The notes beneath the pieces are model-generated. The model was not told the origin of the DNA and did no database searches. It was given only the letters and a program-made list of their open reading frames with translations. A DNA stretch of 64,000 bases, taken from NCBI GenBank assembly GCA_965369995.1, contig CBDURO010000006.1, positions 3,728 through 67,727 of the forward strand, given 5' to 3'. Positions 51,536 to 61,618 of the stretch are shown piece after piece. The DNA comes from an uncultured bacterium. GTDB taxonomy: Bacteria; Fidelibacterota; Marinisomatia; Marinisomatales; JAHJCW01. The translations under genes were made by a program, and so were the position numbers. Each line of letters begins with the position of its first letter. The stretch's first letter is position 1.

Positions 51536-51976
51536 ATGAGACATTTAAATAGAAAGAAACGATTAGGAAGACGTACACCGAGTCAGCGTAAGGCTATGCT
51601 GAAAAATTTAGCTGTATCGTTAATTGAGCATAAAAGGATTAAGACTACACATGCTAGAGCAAAAGCATTGCGCGAGTTTATCGAACCTTTAATTACATTT
51701 GCCAAAAAAGGTGATTTACATGCACGTCGTGAAGTGCTAAAGAAAATCCATCAAAAAGACACAGTCAGCACATTGTTTCATGAAATTGCTCCTGTTTATG
51801 CAGATAGACCGGGTGGTTATACAAGAATAATCAAACTTGGATTTCGTGATAATGATAGAGCAAAAGTTTCATTAATAGAATTAGTTGATTTTGCGGGTGT
51901 TAGCGAAAAAGAATCTGAAGAGAAACCGGATAAAAAGAAAAAGGTCAGTAAAAAGAAAGAAGAAAAATCAGAATAA
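51536..51976 (+). CDS. rplQ: 50S ribosomal protein L17 (with short acidic/lysine-rich C-terminal tail)
   Basis: 146 aa; [25 protein letters not shown] and [19 protein letters not shown] are canonical L17. Confidence 0.97.
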   Translation: MRHLNRKKRLGRRTPSQRKAMLKNLAVSLIEHKRIKTTHARAKALREFIEPLITFAKKGDLHARREVLKKIHQKDTVSTLFHEIAPVYADRPGGYTRIIKLGFRDNDRAKVSLIELVDFAGVSEKESEEKPDKKKKVSKKKEEKSE

Positions 51977-51995
51977 TTTAAATTAAAATAATTAT

Positions 51996-52028
51996 AAAAA
52001 GGGCAACTTATTTAAGTTGTCCTTTTTA
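51996..52028 (+). terminator. Rho-independent terminator ending the ribosomal super-operon
   Basis: aaaaaGGGCAACTT-attt-AAGTTGTCCttttt. A 9-bp stem (one G-U pair) with a 4-nt loop and a T-run, about 25 nt after the rplQ stop. Confidence 0.85.
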
Positions 52029-52095
52029 ATTTATATTATATATTATTTCATGAATATGTTTTAATGATTAAGAATTCAAATAAAAAAACAATAAA

Positions 52096-53154
52096 ATGAA
52101 TAAAAAACTATTAAAAAATATTATTCCTATAATGTTACTCAGTATGCAATTTATAATTCAAACAAGTTGTACAAAAAAAATATATGATGTTGTATATCCA
52201 ATTCTAAGTGATGGACGATATGATTCTGAGTTTCCTTATAGTAATGCATCGGAGCAGTTAGAGGAAATTTCTAATTCCATTAAAATGTTAAATTATATTG
52301 CATACTATAAAGCATATATTTTCAGTGAAAATCAAGAGGTTTTACAATCTGATATAAATAATAAGAAAATAAAAGATAAAGCTATAGACAAAGTATATTT
52401 CAGTGAAACAGTGTCAGGAACAGCAACAATTATTTTTTTTGACGGTGCAAAAGTTGGATTGTTAACTTGTGCTCATATCGGAGACTTCCCGGATACAGTC
52501 TTAACTTATTTTGAACCATTTGTGGGGCAAAATAAAAAAATCATTCAACAAATGGCTATTAAAATAAGAGAACATTATTATGTTAATGAAATTCCGGGGG
52601 ATGGAGATTTTAAAATTGTAATAAGTAATAAAAAACGTGATTTGGCATTGCTGACTAAAAAAGCTCTTCACGATCCATTTCAGGAGATTAAACCGTTTAA
52701 ATATCCTTTCGGTGAATCTAGTGATTTAGAACTTGGAAGTTTTGTATATATTATCGGGTATCCGATGGGTCATAAAATGATAACTAAAGGGATTGTAAGT
52801 AATAAACGTGATAAAAAAAGTGATTCATTTTTAATAGATGCTTTATTTAATCGCGGTTTCAGTGGAGGAATAATATTGGCAATCAGAGATGGTGTACCGA
52901 ATTTTGAATTAGTTGGAATGACTAAATCTGTATCTGCCAAAAATCATTATTTTTTAACTCCTGCTCCACTGAGTGGGCAATTACAATATGAACCAAATTT
53001 TCCATATACTGGTGATATTCATGTTAAAAAATTCGAAGATATCAATTATGGAATAACTTATACGATTTCTACGGATGAAATAATAGAATTTCTAAAGGAA
53101 AACGAAACACAACTTCTTCAAAAAGGTTTTAATTTTAACTATCTTACTAAATAA
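52096..53154 (+). CDS. Trypsin-like (S1-family) serine protease, exported, possible lipoprotein
   Basis: 352 aa. Signal sequence ending in Cys (QTSC). Triad candidates are LTCAHIGDF (His), KRDLALL (Asp) and NRGFSGGIIL (GxSGG Ser). Confidence 0.65.
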   Translation: MNKKLLKNIIPIMLLSMQFIIQTSCTKKIYDVVYPILSDGRYDSEFPYSNASEQLEEISNSIKMLNYIAYYKAYIFSENQEVLQSDINNKKIKDKAIDKVYFSETVSGTATIIFFDGAKVGLLTCAHIGDFPDTVLTYFEPFVGQNKKIIQQMAIKIREHYYVNEIPGDGDFKIVISNKKRDLALLTKKALHDPFQEIKPFKYPFGESSDLELGSFVYIIGYPMGHKMITKGIVSNKRDKKSDSFLIDALFNRGFSGGIILAIRDGVPNFELVGMTKSVSAKNHYFLTPAPLSGQLQYEPNFPYTGDIHVKKFEDINYGITYTISTDEIIEFLKENETQLLQKGFNFNYLTK

Positions 53155-53177
53155 ATTATTAGTTTTAAGGACAATAT

Positions 53178-54830
53178 ATGAAAAAATCTGAAATCCGTTC
53201 CCCACGAGGAAATACGTTAACTTGTAAAGGTTGGCAGCAGGAAGCTGCTTTCAGAATGATTCAGAATAATTTAGATCCTGACGTGGCAGAAAATCCTCAA
53301 GAATTAATAGTATATGGGGGTAAAGGAAAAGCAGCAAGAAATTGGGAGAGTTTTGATGCAATACTTTCTTCATTAAAAAATCTTAATGATGATGAAACAT
53401 TGTTGGTTCAATCTGGCAAACCGGTTGGTGTTTTAAAAACGCACAAAACATCACCTCGAGTTCTAATTGCCAATTCAAATTTGGTACCAAATTGGGCAAA
53501 TTGGGATCATTTTAACGAATTAGATAAGCTTGGTTTAATGATGTATGGTCAGATGACAGCAGGTAGCTGGATATATATTGGAACACAGGGAATCTTACAA
53601 GGTACGTACGAAACCTTTGCTGAGGCTGCTAGAATGCATTTTAGTAGTGATTTGTCTGGTAAATTAGTACTTACAGCCGGTTTAGGAGGAATGGGGGGTG
53701 CTCAGCCACTGTCGGTAACAATGAATAACGGTGTATCTATTAATATTGAGATTGATCCAACAAGAATTCAACGCCGTTTGGAAACAAAATATGTAGATAT
53801 TGCAACGGAATCTTTAGAAGAAGCGTTATCAATCGCACGTGATGCGATGATAAAGAAGAAAGGGTTATCAATCGGTTTGTTAGGTAATGCTGCAGATATT
53901 ATTCCGCAAGTAGCAAAGATGGGTATAGTACCTGATATAGTGACCGATCAAACTTCAGCACATGATGAATTAGATGGTTATGTACCAAACAACATGACAT
54001 ATAACGAAGCTTTGACTTTGCGCAAATCAAATCCTGAAAAATATATTAAAGAAAGTTTTCGATCTATGGCAGAACACGTAAATGGTATTCTTAAATTAAA
54101 AGAAATGGGATCGATATGCTTTGATTATGGCAATAATTTACGCGGTCAAGCAAAAAAGGCCGGTGTTGAGAACGCTTTTGATTATCCCGGTTTTGTTCCG
54201 GCTTATATTCGTCCATTATTTTGTGAAGGTAAGGGACCATTCCGGTGGGTGGCATTATCAGGTGATCCTGAAGATATTTATAAAACCGATGAAAAAGTAA
54301 AAGAATTATTTCCTGATGATAAATCACTGCTAACGTGGATTGAATTAGCAAAAGAAAAAGTACAATTTCAAGGATTACCATCCAGGATTTGTTGGCTTGG
54401 CTATAACCAGCGTGCAAAATTTGGTGTAGAGTTGAATAAGATGGTTGCTTCAGGTGAATTGAGTGCACCAATTGTAATCGGCAGAGATCACTTAGATTGT
54501 GGATCGGTAGCATCGCCATATCGTGAAACGGAAGCGATGAAAGACGGATCCGACGCAGTGGCTGATTGGCCTTTACTAAATGCTATGGTAAATGTAGCTA
54601 GTGGGGCGAGTTGGGTTTCTATTCATCACGGGGGAGGCGTTGGGATGGGACTCGCCATACATGCCGGGCAAGTAATAGTTGCCGATGGAACTCCCGAAAT
54701 GGAAATTAGATTAAAAAGAGTTCTAACTAATGATCCGGGAACAGGAATATTACGTCACGCTGATGCGACCTATGAAAAAGCAATCAACAGTGCAAAAGAG
54801 TGGAAAATTAACATACCACTTATGAAATAA
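53178..54830 (+). CDS. hutU: Urocanate hydratase
   Basis: 550 aa. [43 protein letters not shown] and [11 protein letters not shown] are canonical urocanase blocks. Confidence 0.95.
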   Translation: MKKSEIRSPRGNTLTCKGWQQEAAFRMIQNNLDPDVAENPQELIVYGGKGKAARNWESFDAILSSLKNLNDDETLLVQSGKPVGVLKTHKTSPRVLIANSNLVPNWANWDHFNELDKLGLMMYGQMTAGSWIYIGTQGILQGTYETFAEAARMHFSSDLSGKLVLTAGLGGMGGAQPLSVTMNNGVSINIEIDPTRIQRRLETKYVDIATESLEEALSIARDAMIKKKGLSIGLLGNAADIIPQVAKMGIVPDIVTDQTSAHDELDGYVPNNMTYNEALTLRKSNPEKYIKESFRSMAEHVNGILKLKEMGSICFDYGNNLRGQAKKAGVENAFDYPGFVPAYIRPLFCEGKGPFRWVALSGDPEDIYKTDEKVKELFPDDKSLLTWIELAKEKVQFQGLPSRICWLGYNQRAKFGVELNKMVASGELSAPIVIGRDHLDCGSVASPYRETEAMKDGSDAVADWPLLNAMVNVASGASWVSIHHGGGVGMGLAIHAGQVIVADGTPEMEIRLKRVLTNDPGTGILRHADATYEKAINSAKEWKINIPLMK

Positions 54831-54837
54831 ATTTAAT

Positions 54838-56040
54838 ATGTCTAAAATTAAATTAACGAATATTGGAAGCATCGCAACTTACAATAGTTACTCAAAAACT
54901 ATTGATAATATAAAAGATAGTGACATATTGATTAATTATGGTTTAATTGAGAAAATTGAAAATAACATAAATGGTGATTATGAAATATTTGATTGTCAAA
55001 ATAGATTAATCACACCCGGATTTGTCGATCCGCATACTCATCCGGTATTTCATCGTGGTAGAGAAGAAGAATTTGGACAACGTGTACAGGGCGCAACGTA
55101 TCAGGAAATCGCAGAAAAAGGTGGTGGGATTAACAGTAGCATCAATGGTGTCAGAAATGCTACAACTGATGAGCTCACTCAGGCTGTGATGCATAGAATG
55201 GATCGTTTCCTAAAATTAGGAACTACTACTATTGAAGCAAAAAGCGGTTATGGATTGAACGTAGAATCTGAATTGAAGTCATTAGAAGTGTTAGATATCG
55301 TTAATAAAAATCATGCAATAGACATTATTCCAACCTTTTTAGGAGCACATGCTATACCACCGGAACACAAAAATAATCCTGATGATTACATAGATTTAAT
55401 TTGTAATGAAATGATTCCCGCTGTAGCAGAACAGGGTATCGCAAAATATTGCGATGTTTTTTGCGAAAATGGTTATTTTAGTGTAACTCAAGCTAGAAGA
55501 ATCCTAACAACTGCAAATAAACATGGTTTAGTACCACGTTTGCACGCTGATGAATTTGAAGATTCCGGCGCTGCCGAATTAGCTGCTGAATTGAGAGCAG
55601 TTTCTGCTGACCATTTAATGGCTGTAAGCGATGTAGGCATTGCCAAAATGGCTGATGCAAATGTGATTGCGACTTTATTACCGGGAACTACTTATTTCCT
55701 CGGATCCACTAATTATGCACCGGTAAAAAAATTAATTAATGCAGGAGTTACAATCGCTTTAGCGACTGATTTTAATCCCGGAAGCTGCCATATACAATCC
55801 ATGCCATTTATTATATCATTGGCGTGCATTTACTTGGGGATGTCCGTAGAAGACGTATTAATGGCTGTTACATATAATTCTGCAAGCACTCTAAACCTCG
55901 AAAATGAAATTGGGTCAATTGAAGTTGGTAAAAAGGCGGATTTAGTAATTTGGGATTTAGAAAAATTAATTGAAATACCTTATAATGTGACAGACGTGCC
56001 AATTAGGAAGGTCATGAAAAATGGACAATTTATCAATTAA
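54838..56040 (+). CDS. hutI: Imidazolonepropionase
   Basis: 400 aa. Amidohydrolase fold with GFVDPHTHPVF, FCENGYFS and ATDFNPGSC, directly downstream of hutU. Confidence 0.9.
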   Translation: MSKIKLTNIGSIATYNSYSKTIDNIKDSDILINYGLIEKIENNINGDYEIFDCQNRLITPGFVDPHTHPVFHRGREEEFGQRVQGATYQEIAEKGGGINSSINGVRNATTDELTQAVMHRMDRFLKLGTTTIEAKSGYGLNVESELKSLEVLDIVNKNHAIDIIPTFLGAHAIPPEHKNNPDDYIDLICNEMIPAVAEQGIAKYCDVFCENGYFSVTQARRILTTANKHGLVPRLHADEFEDSGAAELAAELRAVSADHLMAVSDVGIAKMADANVIATLLPGTTYFLGSTNYAPVKKLINAGVTIALATDFNPGSCHIQSMPFIISLACIYLGMSVEDVLMAVTYNSASTLNLENEIGSIEVGKKADLVIWDLEKLIEIPYNVTDVPIRKVMKNGQFIN

Positions 56041-57641
56041 ATTGTGGGTTCAATCCATATTGGATTTGTTAAACAATATTTTTCTTTCTCAGTCTTAAGT
56101 CCAATTCTGATATATCCCGATTCATTGACCCATTGTATTTCTTTATTTACTAATTCGTAAATAGAATTTTTACTCCAATAAATTGTATCAATTATCTCTT
56201 CTGCAAAGGCGCCAAATAGTCCCTTATAGATTATTGCTTTACGCAGAAAACCGAAAGATCTCGAAGAGAAAAATTCAAATCTTATATTTAGGGATGAGGA
56301 TCTAATAGTATCTCCATAAGAGAATTTATCATTAATTATTGTTTTTATAGCAGGGCCGTCGGTTATTATACATTTACCTACTTTTAAGTTTGTAACGATA
56401 TCATTTACATTTAAATCGCAATTATTCATTAGTCCGGTGCGACATTTCCCCAATATGTAACTATCATTTTGTTTAGTAAATAACATCGGAAAATTTGCTT
56501 GGTGATAACGATTGAAATTTCCATGTGCATCGTTCCCGGCATAGATATATATTTTCTTGCCGGATAGAAGTAGTTTAATCCATGTATTTAATTGTTCATT
56601 TAGTATATGTTGAATTTTACCATTTAAAATTTGTAATCCGGTTAAATTAGGATTATTGCAATCGTCTTTTGACCAACTACCTCTGTTCAGTAATACTTGA
56701 TGTGGTTTTGGGAATATGTAAAAAGGATGTGCTGCAAGTACTAAAGAATCATCGGTTTGCATATTAATTACTTCTTCCACAGTGTGTTCTGAATATCTCT
56801 TTAGTGATTTTTCCCCACTATCGCCGGAACCGGGAATAAAATTTGGATTATTCAACATAAGTGTATGAACAATTTTTCCATTTTTATTTTGAGCGGAGAT
56901 TTCTTCTCCGGGGATTAATAAAGTGCCTGGTTCCCCATTCAGCGTTTTAATTTCACATCGTGAATCATTCCACTTTTTCAATTTGGGATCAGATTCCTTC
57001 CACGAACTGTATTTATCATCGAGGTCATAAGAGTGATCTGTAATTGCAAGAAAATCTAATCCTAATGCAGTTGCAGCACTTTTGGTGGATTTTAACGGAG
57101 CGCCGAATTCAACATAATCCTCAGTATAGTTTGAATGATAATGTAAATCGCCCCATAGAAAAAATTCTGAACCGGGTAGTGGATCTTTATCAACTTGTGT
57201 GATAAGAGGAAGTACTTCAGAAGTTTTTACATTATGATTTATAACACTCCGCTTTTTTCCATTTTGTTCAAAAAATATTTCACACCAAATTTTTAAATCA
57301 CCGGAAAGGACCGAATGATCTATATAATAAATTTCTTCAAACCATAGTTCGTTCAGTTTTTTATTGTATTTATAATCGAATTCCAAAGTAAGATCATTTT
57401 CGCTTATTATCTTTATGTTAACGTTTTTTAAAGTAATTGGATATTTATCGGCATCCTTAATTATCAATGAGATTGGTAAATCTTGCCCGGGACCAATTCG
57501 GTGGGGAGCATCAGCATATATTTCAGGTTCTCTTTTAAAGTAACGACTAAATGAAAAATACTTTAATTTGTAATGGATTTCTAAATATCCTATTATTAGA
57601 AATAGTGACCAAATAAATGATATATTATTGTTACTAAACAT
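56037..57641 (-). CDS. Membrane-anchored PHP-domain (polymerase/histidinol-phosphatase-like) metal-dependent phosphoesterase, function unknown
   Basis: 534 aa. N-terminal hydrophobic helix ISFIWSLFLIIGYL. PHP-like His clusters WGDLHYHSNYT, LAITDHSY, AAHPF and GNDAHG. Confidence 0.6.
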   Translation of the reverse strand: MFSNNNISFIWSLFLIIGYLEIHYKLKYFSFSRYFKREPEIYADAPHRIGPGQDLPISLIIKDADKYPITLKNVNIKIISENDLTLEFDYKYNKKLNELWFEEIYYIDHSVLSGDLKIWCEIFFEQNGKKRSVINHNVKTSEVLPLITQVDKDPLPGSEFFLWGDLHYHSNYTEDYVEFGAPLKSTKSAATALGLDFLAITDHSYDLDDKYSSWKESDPKLKKWNDSRCEIKTLNGEPGTLLIPGEEISAQNKNGKIVHTLMLNNPNFIPGSGDSGEKSLKRYSEHTVEEVINMQTDDSLVLAAHPFYIFPKPHQVLLNRGSWSKDDCNNPNLTGLQILNGKIQHILNEQLNTWIKLLLSGKKIYIYAGNDAHGNFNRYHQANFPMLFTKQNDSYILGKCRTGLMNNCDLNVNDIVTNLKVGKCIITDGPAIKTIINDKFSYGDTIRSSSLNIRFEFFSSRSFGFLRKAIIYKGLFGAFAEEIIDTIYWSKNSIYELVNKEIQWVNESGYIRIGLKTEKEKYCLTNPIWIEPTI

Positions 57642-57650
57642 TAATAATTA

Positions 57651-58835
57651 TTAATAGAAAAATTGATTTATATCATAAATTGATATTTGTATGTGTGCGT
57701 ATTGCTTTTTTAATTTAGACTTAAATTCATTAGACCAATAGCGTATTTCTTGTCTTGTAGGTAATGGTATGCTTTGCTCAGCCATTGATTTTTCGTAGCT
57801 TGAATTTGTTTCGTATAGCTCAGATAAATAAATAATATCACCTTTCCCAAGTGGTAATTGTTCTAACAATATTAATGATTCGATTAGGTGTTTTTCAGAA
57901 TATTTACTTCCACCAGCCCCAATTAAGAATATTATCCCAACATTAATATTACCCTTTTTTAAATTATGCGTTAATTTAATTATATCTTTATTTAACTGAT
58001 GTTTGTTCAAGAATAACATTAGGTCACTATTCCCTGACTCAACTCCTAAATATACTCTTTTTATACCTAGCTTATTTAATTGCTTAAAATCATTTGCAGA
58101 CTTCTTTAAACCGGTGAATACATCTATGAAAGAATAAATATTTTTAAATTGTGGAAATTTATTATGGATTAATTTTAATCCTGATATGAGTCGTTTTTGA
58201 GGAACTGCAAGGGCGTTGGCATCTGCTAGAAAAATCGATTTACGTAAATTGATTCCTTCACCGAAAAATGATTTCACTTTACTAAAGTGAAGTTCTAAGT
58301 CATTAGTAGATTTGATTTTAAAAGGACGATCACGATAAAAATTGCAAAAAGTACATTGATTATAATTGCATCCTTCCGTCATTTGTATTACCAATGACAT
58401 ATATTGATCGGGTGGAAGAATAGAAATCGGTAAGTAAATATTTTCAAATTCTTTTGCGCTATTTTGAAGAGCTATAGAATCCATTCTCAATATATTATCT
58501 AAAGGGATATGAAAAATATTTGGTAAACTATCTTGATTATTTCTAATTAATATATGTGATTGTTCAATTAATGGTTTTATTTCATCAATAGGAATCTTAT
58601 TGATATTGCGAAAATGTTCACCCTCAATGGTAGATCGTAATTTTAAATAATAATTGTTATTTAAAGTGCGTCTATAGTTCTTGTGGTCTATGAACATACC
58701 GACTAATCGTCCTTCGAGATCAAAAGTCCAAAGATTATTTTGTGGTTCCTCAAAAATATTAATTGCATTCTCTTTCAAAGTAAAAGTAATGCTTTTATCA
58801 GAGGTCAATTGTACTTTTTCAATTATTGTATTCAT
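57651..58835 (-). CDS. Radical SAM domain protein with unrecognised ~150-aa N-terminal domain and Cx4Cx2C cluster motif
   Basis: 394 aa. MTEGCNYNQCTFCNFY is a Cys triad spaced 4 and 2 residues, not the usual CxxxCxxC. LGVESGN and IFLIGAGG are typical radical SAM core blocks. Ends 9 nt upstream of the PHP gene. Confidence 0.7.
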   Translation of the reverse strand: MNTIIEKVQLTSDKSITFTLKENAINIFEEPQNNLWTFDLEGRLVGMFIDHKNYRRTLNNNYYLKLRSTIEGEHFRNINKIPIDEIKPLIEQSHILIRNNQDSLPNIFHIPLDNILRMDSIALQNSAKEFENIYLPISILPPDQYMSLVIQMTEGCNYNQCTFCNFYRDRPFKIKSTNDLELHFSKVKSFFGEGINLRKSIFLADANALAVPQKRLISGLKLIHNKFPQFKNIYSFIDVFTGLKKSANDFKQLNKLGIKRVYLGVESGNSDLMLFLNKHQLNKDIIKLTHNLKKGNINVGIIFLIGAGGSKYSEKHLIESLILLEQLPLGKGDIIYLSELYETNSSYEKSMAEQSIPLPTRQEIRYWSNEFKSKLKKQYAHIQISIYDINQFFY

Positions 58836-58949
58836 TTCTACATAAAAATTAAGGAATAAAGGGTTACAAATTGTATTGTGCTTTTAAATATTTATTATGA
58901 AAAGCTAGTGCTAATTTTAAAACAAATTTTGATAACTGATAAGAATAAA

Positions 58950-59618
58950 ATGCCAATTAAAATCGGAATATTAAATTGTTACTCGGACGAACCGAAGTCA
59001 GCTTTAAGTGCGAGCTATTTTTCTCATATTGTTGAGAATACAACAATAATCAACACTTGTTATAATGAAAAAATTGAAAGTATTAATGATTATGACGGTT
59101 ACATTATCAGCGGTTCGCGTTCATGTTATGAAGATAAAGATAGTTGGATTACCAATCTAAAAGAACTTGTTAAACAAATATATGATGAAAACATACCTTG
59201 TTTAGCGGTATGCTTTGGTCATCAAGTTGTCGCGCATATGTTTGATGGAACTGCTGTAAGAAATCTTGCAAGTGAGGAAGGATTTCAAAATGTTCCAACG
59301 GTGGTTGCAGATGCACCAATTTATTTATTTTCCGGTTTGCCAAATCCGGTGAAGGTATATCAATCACATAGCGATGCAGTTATGAAAGCTCCTCCCGGAA
59401 GTATTCAAATAATTAATAAAAAATGTGTACAATATTATCAATTTGGTTCAATTTATTCGATTCAATCACATCCTGAAATAACAGTTCCAATTGCAGTAGG
59501 ATTAGCTAAAAAAGAAAATAAAGCAATTGACTCTATATTGAATGGAGTAAATGAGCAAAATATTCAGTCTCATAAAGTTTTGGAAAATTTTTCAAATATC
59601 GTAAAACTAACTATATAA
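58950..59618 (+). CDS. Class I glutamine amidotransferase-like protein
   Basis: I take the start at MPIKIGILNCY (ATG 58950); the track GTG at 58878 adds 24 unlikely residues. The nucleophile elbow is LAVCFGHQ, and IQSHPE supplies the His/Glu of the triad. Confidence 0.75.
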   Translation: MPIKIGILNCYSDEPKSALSASYFSHIVENTTIINTCYNEKIESINDYDGYIISGSRSCYEDKDSWITNLKELVKQIYDENIPCLAVCFGHQVVAHMFDGTAVRNLASEEGFQNVPTVVADAPIYLFSGLPNPVKVYQSHSDAVMKAPPGSIQIINKKCVQYYQFGSIYSIQSHPEITVPIAVGLAKKENKAIDSILNGVNEQNIQSHKVLENFSNIVKLTI

Positions 59619-59726
59619 TATTAAAACATTTTTCTATAATACTGTTTAACCTTCGTAATTTATTACACAATATTTTATACATTTATTAATGATAAGATTT
59701 ATAATTTAGGAGTTAAAGAATCATAC

Positions 59727-61613
59727 GTGGTGCAATACAACTCACTTCAGAAATTTGAATCTATTTATAAAGAGAAATTTCTTTCTGTCGATCAGATTTT
59801 TCAAAAGATACATCTAGGTGACAGAATTTTTATTAGTACAGCTTGTGGTGAACCGCAATATTTGGTTAATTCCATGGTCAAATATGTTGAGAATCATCCC
59901 AAAGCATTATTGGATTCCGAAGTGATGCATGTGTGGACTTTGGGACTAGCACCTTATGCTAATGAGAAATACAAAAGAAATTTTCGATATAATTCATTTT
60001 TTATTGGCGATAATGCTCGTGAGGCAATCAATAAAGGACTCGCCGATTATTCTCCAATTTTCCTATCTCAAATTCCCGGATTGTTTCGCAAGGGAATGGT
60101 TTCTTTGGATGTTGCACTAATCCAAACATCTTTACCGGATGAACATGGATTCGTTAGTTTGGGGGTGAGTGTTGATATTGTAAAAGCAGCTACGGAAATT
60201 TCTCGTATGGTGGTTGCTCAAATAAATAAGAACATGCCACGTGTTCACGGTGACGGATTTATTCATATCTCTGAATTAGATTATATCGTTCATCATGATG
60301 AGCCACTTTTAGAATATCAAGATGAACCAGATAATGAAGTGGCTAAACAAATTGGTAAATACGTTTCAAAATTAGTGGAAAATGGCGATACTGTCCAAGT
60401 AGGGTATGGTAGCATACCTAATGCGGTGTTAGCGAGCCTAGTAAATAAAAAGAACTTAGGTATACATACAGAGTTGATTAGTGATGGATTAGTCGAACTT
60501 ATGAAAAAGGGTGTAGTAAATAATTCGCAAAAAACAATAAATCGTGGTAAAACTGTAGCCACTTTTTGCATGGGCAATAAAAATACTTATGAGTACATCC
60601 ACGATAATCCGGCTATTGAATTCAGGACAGTAGATTTTACTAATGATCCACTATTAATCGCTCGACATAAGAATATGACAGCAATCAATAGCGCTTTAGA
60701 AATCGATCTTACAGGTCAAGCATCTGCAGAATCTATTGGACATACTTTTTATAGCGGTATTGGTGGACAAGCCGATTTTATGCGTGGTGCGGTTCTATCT
60801 GAAAATGGAAAAACAATTCTGACAATTCCATCTACTGCTGATAATGGCAAAGTATCGCGTATCATGCCATTTTTAAAAGAAGGTGCCGGTGTTACGCTCA
60901 ATAGGGGGGATATTCACTATGTTGTAACGGAATACGGCATTGCATATTTACATGGCAAAAATATTCGCGAACGCGCGATGGAACTTATCGCGATAGCGCA
61001 TCCCAAATTCAAACCTGAGCTAATAAAAGGAGCTAAAGAACGTAATTTAATTTATAAGGATCAAGCATTTATCACCGGGAAAGGCGGAGAATATCCCTCA
61101 GATATTGAAACTCACAGGATTTCCAAAGCCGGAATAAAAATTCTTTTAAGGCCGGTTAAAATAAGTGATGAACCATTATTGAAGGAATTTTTCTACTCAC
61201 TTTCGGACAGTAGTATGTATAAAAGATTTATATCTACTCGTAAGGATATGCCACATGAAAGATTGCAGGATTTTGCAGTAATTGATTATAGGAAAGAAAT
61301 GTTTTTATTGGCTACTACGCAAGAAAGTGAACGTGAGAAAGTATTGGGTCTTGGACAATATTGGATCGACGAAGAGACGCACACAGGTGACATTGCTTTT
61401 GTAGTATTAGATAATTATCATAGACAGGGTATAGGTGAGGAATTATTAACGTATCTGACTTTATTAGCAAAAAAGCAAGGACTGTTGGGTTTTACTGCAG
61501 AAGTATTAGTTGATAATATTCCCATGCAAAATCTGTTTAATAAAGCAGGATTTGATATCAGCAAACGTGTAAGTGAAAATCTATATGAATTAAAAATACT
61601 TTTTAGAGAATAA
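59727..61613 (+). CDS. Fusion protein: acetyl-CoA hydrolase/CoA-transferase family domain + C-terminal GNAT acetyltransferase domain
   Basis: 628 aa, GTG start. The N-terminal ~440 aa resemble 4-hydroxybutyrate/acetyl-CoA CoA-transferases (SALEIDLTGQASAESIG, SGIGGQADFMRGA). The C-terminal ~170 aa is GNAT, with the HRQGIGEELL acyl-CoA binding motif. Confidence 0.8.
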   Translation: MVQYNSLQKFESIYKEKFLSVDQIFQKIHLGDRIFISTACGEPQYLVNSMVKYVENHPKALLDSEVMHVWTLGLAPYANEKYKRNFRYNSFFIGDNAREAINKGLADYSPIFLSQIPGLFRKGMVSLDVALIQTSLPDEHGFVSLGVSVDIVKAATEISRMVVAQINKNMPRVHGDGFIHISELDYIVHHDEPLLEYQDEPDNEVAKQIGKYVSKLVENGDTVQVGYGSIPNAVLASLVNKKNLGIHTELISDGLVELMKKGVVNNSQKTINRGKTVATFCMGNKNTYEYIHDNPAIEFRTVDFTNDPLLIARHKNMTAINSALEIDLTGQASAESIGHTFYSGIGGQADFMRGAVLSENGKTILTIPSTADNGKVSRIMPFLKEGAGVTLNRGDIHYVVTEYGIAYLHGKNIRERAMELIAIAHPKFKPELIKGAKERNLIYKDQAFITGKGGEYPSDIETHRISKAGIKILLRPVKISDEPLLKEFFYSLSDSSMYKRFISTRKDMPHERLQDFAVIDYRKEMFLLATTQESEREKVLGLGQYWIDEETHTGDIAFVVLDNYHRQGIGEELLTYLTLLAKKQGLLGFTAEVLVDNIPMQNLFNKAGFDISKRVSENLYELKILFRE

Positions 61614-61618
61614 TAGAG

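Noticed and set aside
56037-56040. Convergent hutI and PHP-gene stop codons overlapping in the palindrome TTAA
   Set aside because: The overlap is real, but this is a common consequence of compact genomes. It is noted under the radical SAM/PHP finding rather than reported separately.
58878-58949. GTG-initiated 24-aa extension of the GATase-like gene
   Set aside because: The extension is hydrophobic and AT-rich with no family support. The ATG at 58950 begins the conserved beta-strand IKIGILN.
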